Below are positions 18,529-28,130 of a stretch of DNA of 31,658 nt, one piece after another; within the stretch, counting starts at the first letter, position 1, and the number at the start of each line of letters is the position of its first letter. Location: contig JBJTQJ010000122.1 in assembly GCA_046075565.1 (NCBI GenBank), positions 1 through 31,658 on the forward strand. The letters run 5' to 3'. The position numbers and the translations under genes were made by a program. Source of the DNA: Verrucomicrobiales bacterium (GTDB lineage Bacteria; Verrucomicrobiota; Verrucomicrobiia; Verrucomicrobiales; SLCJ01). The notes under the pieces are model-generated. The model did no database searches and was not told the origin of the DNA. It saw nothing but the letters and a program-made list of their open reading frames with translations.

Positions 18529-19263
18529 ATGCTAGCCCAAGGCCAATATCCCGACAAACGAACGTTCCTGCGCATGGCTTTCGTTCTGCTCCTAACAGGA
18601 TGGCAGCTCTTGGGCCAATCTGCCGCTGGCAGCACGCCGCGTCCGGAAGATTCCATCAAGGACGATAGCCGTCTGCTGACCGTGGAAACCCGCGCCAGGC
18701 TCCGGGATGCCATCGGCAGCGCCGGTCGATCGGGCCTGCGTGTGGGTTTCGCCGCAACCACGGTGCTCCCGTCTCCGGTTCTTGCTTCGGAATTGAGGGA
18801 GTCGTGGTTTCCCGGCGACAAGAACGCCGTGGTCATTGTCTATTCACGCGATTGGAATCGTTTCCTTGTTTCAGACGCGAGGGAAAAACTACCCCTCTAC
18901 CGCGGATTCGAAGCGAACAAAGCCATCGAGCGCGCAAACAACTCACTGGCCAAACTCAACCGTGACCGGGATGGACGTGACCCCATTGTCGTCGCTGAAG
19001 CATCCAATATGATTCAGACCTTCGGCCGCCTCGCGCGGGAGGCCGGAGAGACCCATGAACTTGCCGATACCATTCCCATCATCGGTATCTGGGTGGCGGC
19101 GGCAGCAATCCTCTGCCTGCCCATTTTCCTGATCCTGCGGGGCGGGCGAAGGTCGGGCATCAAACCCCATCCTCTCGTGTTTCCCGAAGTCGGTGTTCCA
19201 CCCCGACTCGGAGCCATCAACGGTGGAATCACGGGCGCGGAAATCGGCAGCCTCAAAAAATAG
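18529..19263 (+). CDS. Hypothetical membrane protein, possibly a TPM domain (start uncertain)
   Basis: Signal-like N-terminus, DDSRLLTVETRARL resembling a TPM start, and a C-terminal TM helix. Confidence 0.5.
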   Translation: MLAQGQYPDKRTFLRMAFVLLLTGWQLLGQSAAGSTPRPEDSIKDDSRLLTVETRARLRDAIGSAGRSGLRVGFAATTVLPSPVLASELRESWFPGDKNAVVIVYSRDWNRFLVSDAREKLPLYRGFEANKAIERANNSLAKLNRDRDGRDPIVVAEASNMIQTFGRLAREAGETHELADTIPIIGIWVAAAAILCLPIFLILRGGRRSGIKPHPLVFPEVGVPPRLGAINGGITGAEIGSLKK

Positions 19264-19296
19264 AGTCACTGTAAGCATTCGTGTCCAGAAGCACCC

Positions 19297-19914
19297 TCAA
19301 TCGCGCTGGAAAAGCAGCAACACCCCGAGCAACGCGAGGGCAAGCGCAAAACCCCCATTGATGATGGGCGCGGCCCGCTTGTGGAATGCCCGGATTTTTC
19401 CGTGCTGGAGAACGGCAACCCAGAGTCCCCAGAGAAAAAGCCCTTCGAAAACGATGATGCCCCAGAGCGCGGCCGGCCACCACTGCGGACGCTGGGGACC
19501 GAGAAAGGGAACGACCAGGGCGGCGAAAAAAACAAGGACCTTCGGGTTCAGCAGATTGCAGAGGAGTCCGCAGCGGAACCATTTTCCGCTGGCAGCATTC
19601 GATCTTCCTTCGAGAGCGACAGCATTCCGTTCCTTCCAGATCTGCCAGGCCAGCCAGAAAAGATAGGCCGCCGCCAGCCAATGCAGGGCGGTGCGCGCCA
19701 TGGGCAGGACACCGGACACGGCCTGCCAGGCAAAAAGTGCCACCGACGCGTGGAGCGTGAGGCCGGTGGTGATACCGGCGGCCGTCCACCATCCGGCGGC
19801 GCGACCATGGCGCAGGCTGGTTTGCGTGAGCAGAACCATGTCCGGGCCGGGGCTGAATTGCCCGATGGCGAGAACCCCTGCGAAAGCCAGCAGATCGAAA
19901 GCGGTTCCGGTCAT
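19297..19914 (-). CDS. LysE/RhtB family transporter
   Basis: SPGPDM, AAAYLFWLAWQ and LCNLLNPK motifs; start placed at ATG 19914. Confidence 0.92.
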   Translation of the reverse strand: MTGTAFDLLAFAGVLAIGQFSPGPDMVLLTQTSLRHGRAAGWWTAAGITTGLTLHASVALFAWQAVSGVLPMARTALHWLAAAYLFWLAWQIWKERNAVALEGRSNAASGKWFRCGLLCNLLNPKVLVFFAALVVPFLGPQRPQWWPAALWGIIVFEGLFLWGLWVAVLQHGKIRAFHKRAAPIINGGFALALALLGVLLLFQRD

Positions 19915-19933
19915 GGGCGTGGAGGAAAAAACC

Positions 19934-20998
19934 TCAAAATGCCCAATCGTGTTTGTCCAGATCGCGCGCGCAAGCGACGAGCAGATCGATGCAGGAAAGT
20001 AGATCCTGCTTGTGGCAACTCTCGATGGACTGGTGGATGTGCCGGGTGGGCACGGAAATGGCGCCCGCAATGGAACCACCGCCCACCATACGCTGGAGGC
20101 TGGCGGTATCGGTTCCGCCGGCGACCAGAATCTCCGGTTGCCAGGTGATATCCTGTTTGTCGGCCATGGCCTTCATGTAGGCAATCATGCGGTAGTCACA
20201 GATCACGGAAGCGTCCATGAGTTTGATGGCGGCTCCTTTGCCCATGGTAGTGCACCGCTCCTGGGGTTTTGACCCGGGGATGTCGTAGGCAATGGTCGTG
20301 TCGAGACCGAAACTGAAATCCGGTTGGATTTGCAGGGCGGAACTGGTGGCACCGCGCAACCCGACTTCCTCCTGCACGGTGAAGACGGCATAAAAGTCGT
20401 AACACGGTTTGTTCTTCGCCTTGGTCATGCCGCGGAGCGCTTCCAGAAGCACGAAGACCGAAGCACGGTTGTCGAGCGATTTGACATTCACACAGTCGCC
20501 CATTTCCATCAGGGGCGAATAACGTGTGATGAAATCCCCCACCTCGATCAGCTTTTCCAATTTCTTTTTCGGATAACCGGTATCGATGAAATAGTCCTTC
20601 ATCTGAGGGACTTTGTTTTTCTCATCGGGAGTCATGATATGGATTGGCTTCGATCCCATCACGCCGAAGACATCCTCGCGTCCATGGATGATCACCCTCT
20701 GCGCGGTCAGGGTCTTCGGATCAAATCCACCCACCGGGTTGAAGAAGACATAGCCGTCCTCGTCAATGTGGGTGACCATAAATCCGATTTCGTCCATGTG
20801 GGCGGCGGCCATGATTTTCTTGGCCGAGGATTTGCCGCGTTTGAGCGCGACCACGTTGCCGAGATTGTCCACCCGCACTTCGTCGGCCAGGCCCTTCAAT
20901 TCGGCGAGGACGAGTTCGCGGATCTTTTTCTCATGACCGGGAGCGCCGGGAGCTTCGCAAACGCGGGCGAGCAGGGAAACGTTCAAATTCATCGGCAT
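19934..20998 (-). CDS. M42 family metallo-aminopeptidase
   Basis: AAHMDEIG, KSLDNR, VQEEVGLRGA, GGTD and RHIH motifs; the true start may be the second ATG at 20992. Confidence 0.93.
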   Translation of the reverse strand: MPMNLNVSLLARVCEAPGAPGHEKKIRELVLAELKGLADEVRVDNLGNVVALKRGKSSAKKIMAAAHMDEIGFMVTHIDEDGYVFFNPVGGFDPKTLTAQRVIIHGREDVFGVMGSKPIHIMTPDEKNKVPQMKDYFIDTGYPKKKLEKLIEVGDFITRYSPLMEMGDCVNVKSLDNRASVFVLLEALRGMTKAKNKPCYDFYAVFTVQEEVGLRGATSSALQIQPDFSFGLDTTIAYDIPGSKPQERCTTMGKGAAIKLMDASVICDYRMIAYMKAMADKQDITWQPEILVAGGTDTASLQRMVGGGSIAGAISVPTRHIHQSIESCHKQDLLSCIDLLVACARDLDKHDWAF

Positions 20999-21087
20999 GA
21001 TGTATCGCAGCTTCCCGGGTCCGGCAAGGGGATTTCAAAATCCCTTCTCTTGCCGTGCCGCGGAATCGGACATACCGTCGGTCCCCA

Positions 21088-22344
21088 ATGTCCCGTTCTC
21101 CCGCCTGGTTGCTCCGATACCTCGCGCTGCCGAAGGCCTTATATCTCTTCGCGGCGGGGCAATTTCTGATCAATCTCATCGGTTCGGCGCAGTTCCTTCT
21201 GCTCAATTTGTTCCTGAAAGAGCGCGGACTGGATGACCCGCAAATCGCCGCCTTGGGCTCGAACCGCTTCGTGGCCACGTTTCTCTTCGCCATCCCGGCC
21301 GGACTCTGGCTGCGGGGGCGACCCCTGCGTTGGCCGATGCTGATCGCGACACTGGCTTTTCCCGCTTCCGCGCTGGTCGGACTGGAAACAGCGAGGCTCG
21401 GGCATCTGCACGGAACGACGATTTGTTTTCTTCTCATGGGACTCGCCGGCCTCGTTCTGAATGTCACCGGCCTGCCCATGATGCTTAGGCTCACACCCAA
21501 GGAACAGACCAGCGAGGCGATGAGCCTGCTTTTCTCGACGTGGGCGGCATCCGCGATCTGCTCGGGCGCCCTGTCGAGCCTGCTCCAGTATCTGGGGCAA
21601 ATCAATATTGGTTCCATGGCGATCACCCTCGACGTCCATGCGACGCTTCTTATCCTGACGCTGGCAGGTTTCGGGGCTCCCCTGCTTTATCTCCGGCTAC
21701 CGGAAGCTGCCCCGCTCGAGAAATTGCAAACCCACTGGCTGCATGTCCGGCGCGAAGACCGGGCGCGCCTGCTGGGCGCGCTTTTGCCATCGATCCTGAT
21801 GGCAACCGGCGCGGGTCTGAGCATCCAGTTCATGAATCTGTTTTTCAGCCATGTGCACGGGCTTAGTCCGGCCAACTACGCGTTTTATGGCACGGTCAGC
21901 CATGTCTTCGTGCTCTTCGCGGGCTTGATGGTGCCTGAAGTCAGACGGCGTTTCGGTTGGCGGGGTGCCATCATCGGCGTGCAGACCATCGCCGTGGTAT
22001 TGCTCGCGGTCATGGGCTTGACCGAACTGTGGCGGGATTTCGTGTGGTCGCTGCCTTTGGCCATCGTGCTATTCATTTTCCGCCAGCCGCTGATGAGCAT
22101 GGCCGGTCCGGCCACCAGCGAACTGACCATGCAGTATGTCGGCTCCCGAAACCATGAGCTGGTCAGCGCCTGCAACGGGGCCATCTGGAGCGGAGCCTGG
22201 TGGCTGGCGGCCCGGTTTTTCGAGGTCCTGCGCGGCAGCGGCCTGCCCTACTGGCAGGTCTTCCTCACCACCTCGGTGCTCTATCTCTTCGGGACCTTCG
22301 CCTACCTCCGGCTCATCCGGGATGTGGAAAAGAGTCCGCCTTGA
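21088..22344 (+). CDS. MFS transporter
   Basis: About 12 hydrophobic segments in two halves; loops AGLWLRGRPLR and VRRRFGWR. Confidence 0.75.
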   Translation: MSRSPAWLLRYLALPKALYLFAAGQFLINLIGSAQFLLLNLFLKERGLDDPQIAALGSNRFVATFLFAIPAGLWLRGRPLRWPMLIATLAFPASALVGLETARLGHLHGTTICFLLMGLAGLVLNVTGLPMMLRLTPKEQTSEAMSLLFSTWAASAICSGALSSLLQYLGQINIGSMAITLDVHATLLILTLAGFGAPLLYLRLPEAAPLEKLQTHWLHVRREDRARLLGALLPSILMATGAGLSIQFMNLFFSHVHGLSPANYAFYGTVSHVFVLFAGLMVPEVRRRFGWRGAIIGVQTIAVVLLAVMGLTELWRDFVWSLPLAIVLFIFRQPLMSMAGPATSELTMQYVGSRNHELVSACNGAIWSGAWWLAARFFEVLRGSGLPYWQVFLTTSVLYLFGTFAYLRLIRDVEKSPP

Positions 22345-22469
22345 GGCCAAGGACCGACAAGCCGCAACGCCGCGACCTGCGCCAAGCGGGAGGAAATATG
22401 CCGCAAATGCCCTTTCCGGAGCATTCCCCGCTTGCCAGAAGGCGGTTTTTCGGCCTCATTCCCCGCCTC

Positions 22470-23033
22470 ATGGCCAGCACACCCGTCATCAACCTTCGCA
22501 AGGGACACGCCGTTCGCTACAACGGTGATGTCTGCATCGTCAGCGACCACGAATTGAAAACCCCTCCCCGGATGGCCTCCTACGTCCAAATGTCGATTCG
22601 TTCCATCGCCACCAAAAAGGTTTACAACCTTCGCCTTACCTCGAACGACTCGCTCGATTCCGTGAACCTGGAACGCATCCCCCACGAATATTCCTACAAG
22701 GACAGCTCGGGCTATCACTTCCTCAACCCCGACAGTTTCGAGGACATTGTGGTGCAATCGGACCTCGTCGATTCGGTGAAAGACTACCTTGTCGAAGGAC
22801 AAAACTACAATCTTCTCTTCATGGATGATTCCGTCGGTTCCATCGAGCTGCCCCCATCCATGACCATGACCGTCGTGGACTCTCCCGAAGGAGTAAAGGG
22901 AGATTCCTCGTCCAACGTTTTCAAATCGGCGACGATGGACACGGGTCTGGTGGTGCAGGTGCCTCTATTCATCAAACAAGGCGAAAAAATCACCATCAAA
23001 ACCGAGGACGGCAGCTACCTCGGCCGCGCCTGA
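22470..23033 (+). CDS. efp: Elongation factor P (non-canonical tip loop)
   Basis: LRKG, YSYKD..YHFLNP..FE, PEGVKGDS, K.ATMDTGLVVQVPLFI..GE and GSYLGRA motifs; ATG at 22470. Confidence 0.92.
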   Translation: MASTPVINLRKGHAVRYNGDVCIVSDHELKTPPRMASYVQMSIRSIATKKVYNLRLTSNDSLDSVNLERIPHEYSYKDSSGYHFLNPDSFEDIVVQSDLVDSVKDYLVEGQNYNLLFMDDSVGSIELPPSMTMTVVDSPEGVKGDSSSNVFKSATMDTGLVVQVPLFIKQGEKITIKTEDGSYLGRA

Positions 23034-23071
23034 TTCTCCGGCAAACCCGGAACCAACTTCCTGCTCCCAAC

Positions 23072-23104
23072 AACGGGCCGCCCACGGGTGGCCCGTTTTC
23101 TTTC
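23072..23104 (+). terminator. Intrinsic terminator after efp
   Basis: aacgggccgcc-cacg-ggtggcccgtt stem followed by a T-rich tail. Confidence 0.75.
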
Positions 23105-23118
23105 CCGGAAGCCGCTGA

Positions 23119-23868
23119 TCAGGGATTGACCGGCACCACGATATCGAAAGGAACTTCCTTGTCCTCCTCCTTTCCGACCATCTCGAACTCTGCATGCAGG
23201 GTTTCGAGACCGGCCGGGCATCCGAGCCGCCAGCTTTCACTGATGATTTTGCCATTTCTGCTGCTGGAGCCACCGCCCCGGCGATCCACCTGGACGGGGT
23301 TGCCTTCGGCATCGGCGAAGCGGAGGTCGTAGATGGGCGAGAGCGAACCGTCCTCGCGCTCGAGGGAAAATGAAATGCTGTTACCATCTTCGCGAAAGTC
23401 TTTCACGGTGAGCAGGATGTCTCCGGCTTTGAATGTCGTGCCATCAACCAGTTTGATCTCCGGCTTGTGCTTTTTGGTTTCAACAACGGATTTGAAGACG
23501 AGTGTGCCTTTCACCTGGAGCCATGAGCGCGGAACCTCGGGTGGTGCCGTGACGGTCAAATTCACGTTAACATCCTTGTCATCCATGGTCCCCGCCATGA
23601 ACCGGTGCTCGACGAATGCCGTCTTCACTTTTACGGGTTGTCCGGAAACGGAATCGGTAACCTCGAGTGCGGTTGATTTCTTGTCGTCGAATAAGGTGAC
23701 GCGTTCGACCATCCCGGCGGGCACGGATAACCTGACGGAGGTCTGCCAACCCGGACCGTCTGCGTCAGCGGAAGCGGCAATGTCTAAATGTTTGACCGTG
23801 ACCACTTGAGCGCCGACCGGAAACACGGCCAGCAGAGGAAGGGAAAAAAGAAATGCCCGCAAACTCAT
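23119..23868 (-). CDS. Hypothetical exported protein
   Basis: Signal peptide MSLRAFLFSLPLLAVFPVGA; beta-rich mature region; promoter-like hexamers directly upstream of ATG 23868. Confidence 0.7.
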   Translation of the reverse strand: MSLRAFLFSLPLLAVFPVGAQVVTVKHLDIAASADADGPGWQTSVRLSVPAGMVERVTLFDDKKSTALEVTDSVSGQPVKVKTAFVEHRFMAGTMDDKDVNVNLTVTAPPEVPRSWLQVKGTLVFKSVVETKKHKPEIKLVDGTTFKAGDILLTVKDFREDGNSISFSLEREDGSLSPIYDLRFADAEGNPVQVDRRGGGSSSRNGKIISESWRLGCPAGLETLHAEFEMVGKEEDKEVPFDIVVPVNP

Positions 23869-23941
23869 GGCTGCGATGATACCCCGAGCTGGCAGGGCAG
23901 GCAAGGCCATTCGGGTTCTCGAGGCCGCACGGCAGCGAACT

Positions 23942-24916
23942 TCATTCACCAACGAAGAGGATTTTCCCGCCGCGCTTTTCCTCGCGGGCGCGGGCGATGG
24001 CTTCTCTCGCCTGATCCAGCGTGTAGGCAGCCTCGACGGCCATCTTCAGTTTCCCTTCGACCATCCACTGTGCGAGTTGTTGGTATGCGGCTGCAATCTC
24101 ATCGGCTGGAGTCTCCCGCAGCCAGCGAGTGAGCCAGAAGCCGTGAAGCTCAATGCCTTTGAAGAGCAGGAATTTGTTCGGCACCTTGACCCCTTGTTTG
24201 CTCATCGCTCCGTAGGTCACAAGTCGGCCTTTTTCCGAAAGAACATCCATAAGGCGCGTGGCGGAATCACCCCCAACGGCATTGAGCGCAAGCGGCGGGC
24301 GCGCGGGGGCATTTTCCACCCAACCCGGTTCGTCGAGTAGCACGTTGTCGGCCCCGAGGTCGAGGAGAGCCGGGATCGCTTCGGGACGACGGACGAGGTT
24401 GAGGGTGTGCAAACCCAGCACCTTCGCGAGTTGGATCACACATTGCCCGACGCCGGAGTTGGCGGCATTCTGGGCGACCCATGTTCCAGATGATGGTTTT
24501 CCACCGCCGGTGATCAAGAGCCAGGCGGTCATTGGATTCACCTTCAACATGGCAGCCTGGAGGGGATCGAGACCGGGAGGGAGAACAAGCAGGTCGTCTG
24601 CCGGAACCATTTGCAAACTGGCCCAGCTTCCATAACCGCGCAGACGCATGACCATCGCTCCAGATCGGATGTCCACTACGTTGTCACCGACAGCGAGCAC
24701 CTCGCCGCAGCCTTCGAGTCCACCGGTGGCGGGCAACGCAGGTTTGATGCCATAGACCCCTTCGATGAAATTGATATCCGCGGGATTGATCGGCGAGGCG
24801 AGCATTTTCACTAGCACCTGACCGGGACCGGGCGCGGCCTCGATATCGAATTCTTCACAGGCAGCCACCTGTTCCGGCACACCATAAACGGCAAAGCTTA
24901 CGTGTTTTCCTCGCAT
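23942..24916 (-). CDS. MDR-family 2-enoyl thioester reductase (MECR/Etr1-like)
   Basis: ASPINPADINFIEGVY, VNPMTAW, QNAANSGVG, LALNAVGG, VTYGAMS and GFWLTRW motifs. Confidence 0.88.
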   Translation of the reverse strand: MRGKHVSFAVYGVPEQVAACEEFDIEAAPGPGQVLVKMLASPINPADINFIEGVYGIKPALPATGGLEGCGEVLAVGDNVVDIRSGAMVMRLRGYGSWASLQMVPADDLLVLPPGLDPLQAAMLKVNPMTAWLLITGGGKPSSGTWVAQNAANSGVGQCVIQLAKVLGLHTLNLVRRPEAIPALLDLGADNVLLDEPGWVENAPARPPLALNAVGGDSATRLMDVLSEKGRLVTYGAMSKQGVKVPNKFLLFKGIELHGFWLTRWLRETPADEIAAAYQQLAQWMVEGKLKMAVEAAYTLDQAREAIARAREEKRGGKILFVGE

Positions 24917-25080
24917 GATTCCGCCCATAACCCCGACGCGGATGATTTGCAAGCGGGAGTCTCCACATGTTGCGGATAATCGTCATCTGCGGGAAATGCG
25001 CGGAGCCCGGTTTGGCTCGCGGCGGCTCATGCGTTTTCCGCGAAACGCCAATGCGCTGGGATGCCGGAACGCTCTGCGGT

Positions 25081-27024
25081 TCAAGTGTTGCCGGCACTGT
25101 TGGTATCCACTTCCTCGATGGTGAGCAGCCAATTCGGAAAGGTAATGGGCGGCAACTGGGCGGGTGAGGTGATTTCGTTCAATATGGCGTCCATGTCTTC
25201 GGCCACTTCATCCGTGCCGCCGGTTCTCAGGTCGAGGGGTCGGATCATTTCACCGCTGCCGGAATCGAGGGCACCCAGTTGGCCGCGGAAGCGCACGAGA
25301 CGCGGCGTGGTGGTCGTGCCCCAACGCTTCTCCGGCGCGAAGATGGAAAGTGGCGGATAAAATGTCCCTGAAAGCCCCGAGCCCGCGGGCGCGGTGGTGG
25401 GGATGTTGTTGAGGTCGGCGGCGAAAAACAAGCGCAAGTTGGTCACAAGTGAAAAGCCCTTGGTGAAAGCGGTGAGGCCTCCGCCACCACGCAGGGTGAT
25501 GCCCATGTCCAGCGAGTTGCTGGGGAAAGTGGGAGTGCGGACGGTTGATTGGGAAGTATCGGGATTGATGGCGATGTAGTTGTTGCTGTCGACACCGAGG
25601 GCACCACGAGCAGTGAGCCAGCCCGCCAAACGATCCACATGCACGCTGAGACAGCGGCGTCCGGTTTGTATGGTTTCCGTCTGGAAAGGAATGGCCGTAC
25701 CGCCGGATTGCGAGTCGGTGGGCCAATGGCTCCCGCGTGTCAACGTGAACGAACCGGTTCCGGATGAAGTAAGGTAACTCACGACAATAGTTGTGGGAGT
25801 CTGGTTGCTGGCGGACGTGCATTGGGTCACGGTCACCTTGATGGCGCACCGGCGGGCGCCAATCGTGTAGTCGTTCCAGGAAGTCGGGGAGAGGCGATTT
25901 GAATCACCTGTGGTGTTGAGGAACCGGTAGAAGTCCAACCCGCGATTCAGAGGAACAAAAGCGATCCGTCCGAAACCTCCGGCCACGGAAACAGGGAACA
26001 TGGCATCGTTGGCCGCTTCGAATGACTGAATGGTGTTTCCACTATCGAAGCCGTTTTGTGCGGTCGTGCCTGCCACGCTTTGGGCGGCCCCCGATTCGAT
26101 CTGGATGCCCGCGCGGCTCGACAGGCGGTTGAGGGAGAGGGATTCCTCCGCGAGGATTCGTTCGCCGAAGACCGCACCATTGATCTGCACGCCAGCCCAT
26201 TTTTCACCGGTCGAATACCGACCGAGGCTCATGAATACGGAAGCCGAAATTGCCACCTGGCTCGGCACTTCGTAGAGCGAAAGCACATAGAGTTTCCTCG
26301 TGCGGCTTACGCCCGGCACCGATTCCGGATAGCGGATTGAAAATGCCCAGTAATTTCTTTTGGCCACGAAAGAGGCATTCGATTGGGAATAACCGAAGCG
26401 GATTTTCGGATACGGGATTCGGTTGTAGATCGGGTAGAGGGAAGTCGAGAGTTGGGCCGTGCCCGCCGCGTTCGTGCCGTAGGTTTTGGTTTCCGCGACG
26501 ATTGGATACGTCGCGTCCAGGCTAGCGGTGGTGAGCGAGGTCGTGAGATACGGGGGATAATCCGCACTCAACTGCGTGTTCACCCCGGCATTGATCAATC
26601 CGGACCCACTCGCCCCGCGAAAAATATTGCTAACCGATCCGGTGAAGTTGGCCGGATTGGCAAGCCGGGCCGAACCGATATTCGCGCCTACGCCGTCGGC
26701 ATCGGCATCGGCCGCGTTGGCCAGGGCGATCGATTCCGTGGAAATCGTGGTCCAGTTGTAGGGGGTCGGAGAAAGCGAGGAATTCTCCTGCATACACTGG
26801 ATGGCCTTGTTCGGCACCACCGCAAGGATGGAGCGGAGGATGGCGCTCTCGCGCTGGGCGACATCCACACGAAGCTGGGTCGTCTTTTGGGTTTCCTGAG
26901 CCCGCAGGGTGGCCTTGTAGGCGGCAAGCAAAAACGCGAAGGCGACCACCGCGACGCTCATCACGATGAGGAAGGTGATGTAGCCTCCTGCGCCCTTGCG
27001 GTAGGAATGGAGTTCCGGTTTCAT
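25081..27024 (-). CDS. Large pilin-like (PilX-type N-terminus) hypothetical protein
   Basis: Short basic leader, G|YITFLIVMSVAVVAF hydrophobic helix without E5; ATGA overlap with the upstream gene. Confidence 0.65.
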   Translation of the reverse strand: MKPELHSYRKGAGGYITFLIVMSVAVVAFAFLLAAYKATLRAQETQKTTQLRVDVAQRESAILRSILAVVPNKAIQCMQENSSLSPTPYNWTTISTESIALANAADADADGVGANIGSARLANPANFTGSVSNIFRGASGSGLINAGVNTQLSADYPPYLTTSLTTASLDATYPIVAETKTYGTNAAGTAQLSTSLYPIYNRIPYPKIRFGYSQSNASFVAKRNYWAFSIRYPESVPGVSRTRKLYVLSLYEVPSQVAISASVFMSLGRYSTGEKWAGVQINGAVFGERILAEESLSLNRLSSRAGIQIESGAAQSVAGTTAQNGFDSGNTIQSFEAANDAMFPVSVAGGFGRIAFVPLNRGLDFYRFLNTTGDSNRLSPTSWNDYTIGARRCAIKVTVTQCTSASNQTPTTIVVSYLTSSGTGSFTLTRGSHWPTDSQSGGTAIPFQTETIQTGRRCLSVHVDRLAGWLTARGALGVDSNNYIAINPDTSQSTVRTPTFPSNSLDMGITLRGGGGLTAFTKGFSLVTNLRLFFAADLNNIPTTAPAGSGLSGTFYPPLSIFAPEKRWGTTTTPRLVRFRGQLGALDSGSGEMIRPLDLRTGGTDEVAEDMDAILNEITSPAQLPPITFPNWLLTIEEVDTNSAGNT

Positions 27025-27464
27025 GATTGCGTGTGTCCCGAGTAGGTGATTTCCTCGTTGTTAGGCCCAGTCAGCCGGATGCGCAGCACGCCATTCTCAA
27101 CGTAAAAATCGGCCTCCGCCGCAACGATGCTCCGGCTCACACGCTCCAGACTGTCGCTGCAGGAGAGCACGATGGCTTTGCCGCCGGTGATCACACCCGC
27201 GCCCCCTGCTTTGGCTCCCGCCACTGTTGGATAGATGCGGTAGGAGTCCACGCGTCCCAGCATACGGGAGAGGGTATTGTTGATCGATGGACAGTCCTCC
27301 AATAGGAAAATCTGGTTTTGCACCATACGTGTGAAAGACAATTGCTGGGAGAGCATCGCCATCGACGCGACGGCCAGCACCATGGCAATCATCAAAGCGA
27401 TGCTCACCTCGATGAGAGTCATGCCCCGGGGACACCGGAAAGGATGGAGGATCGGTTGCATCAT
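27021..27464 (-). CDS. Prepilin-type N-terminal cleavage/methylation protein
   Basis: RG|MTLIEVSIALMIAMVL; ATGA overlaps at both ends. Confidence 0.8.
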   Translation of the reverse strand: MMQPILHPFRCPRGMTLIEVSIALMIAMVLAVASMAMLSQQLSFTRMVQNQIFLLEDCPSINNTLSRMLGRVDSYRIYPTVAGAKAGGAGVITGGKAIVLSCSDSLERVSRSIVAAEADFYVENGVLRIRLTGPNNEEITYSGHTQS

Positions 27465-27928
27465 CGGACACGCACCACAGTGCGGGACTTGCGGCAGGTC
27501 GCGCTGCCCATCTTGTACACAAGGTGGCTTTGCAGTTTCCAAACTTCCATGCGGGCGGGATTGCTGACTGCGGTGCCGGTGCCACCGGCAGCGGGCAGGT
27601 TGTTCGGATGGGGCAGACGAGTGCGGTGAAGTGTGGCCGTAACGGCCCCGCCTCCGGGAAGCTTTCCGACCGTAACCGTCGAAGTCGTTCGCGTGGGGTT
27701 GCGCGGCCAGAGGGAGGAATTCCCCACTACTTCGTCCATCGGAACACGTTGCGCCAAAGCGACCTCGTAGCCCATGTAGGAATCACTCATGTTCTGCATG
27801 ATCGTCCAATACCGCCCGGAGAGCGCGTTGATGGAGGAGCGCAACAACATCATCGCCACGACCCCAATCAGCGCAATCCCCGCCGCCGCTTCAATCAACA
27901 CGCTGCCACGGGCCAAAACCCGCCGCAA
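27461..27928 (-). CDS. Pilin-like protein (TTG start, uncertain)
   Basis: RG|SVLIEAAAGIALIGVVAM; no in-frame ATG before the upstream stop. Confidence 0.65.
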   Translation of the reverse strand: MRRVLARGSVLIEAAAGIALIGVVAMMLLRSSINALSGRYWTIMQNMSDSYMGYEVALAQRVPMDEVVGNSSLWPRNPTRTTSTVTVGKLPGGGAVTATLHRTRLPHPNNLPAAGGTGTAVSNPARMEVWKLQSHLVYKMGSATCRKSRTVVRVR

Positions 27929-28130
27929 CCGCGACGGATTCCGATCCCGGGCTGGCTGAACATCGAGGCGGTCGGGAGATTCACGATTCTAAAATTTATC
28001 AAATTTCGACCGGAAGTTCCAGTAATTATTTACTATCCCCCCAAAATTCCTTTGGAAAAGCTTGAAGTTTAGAAAGATTGACCGCTCAGGTGGGCAGAAT
28101 TCGCAATTTCGAGAAGCCGCTTGACCGCCC

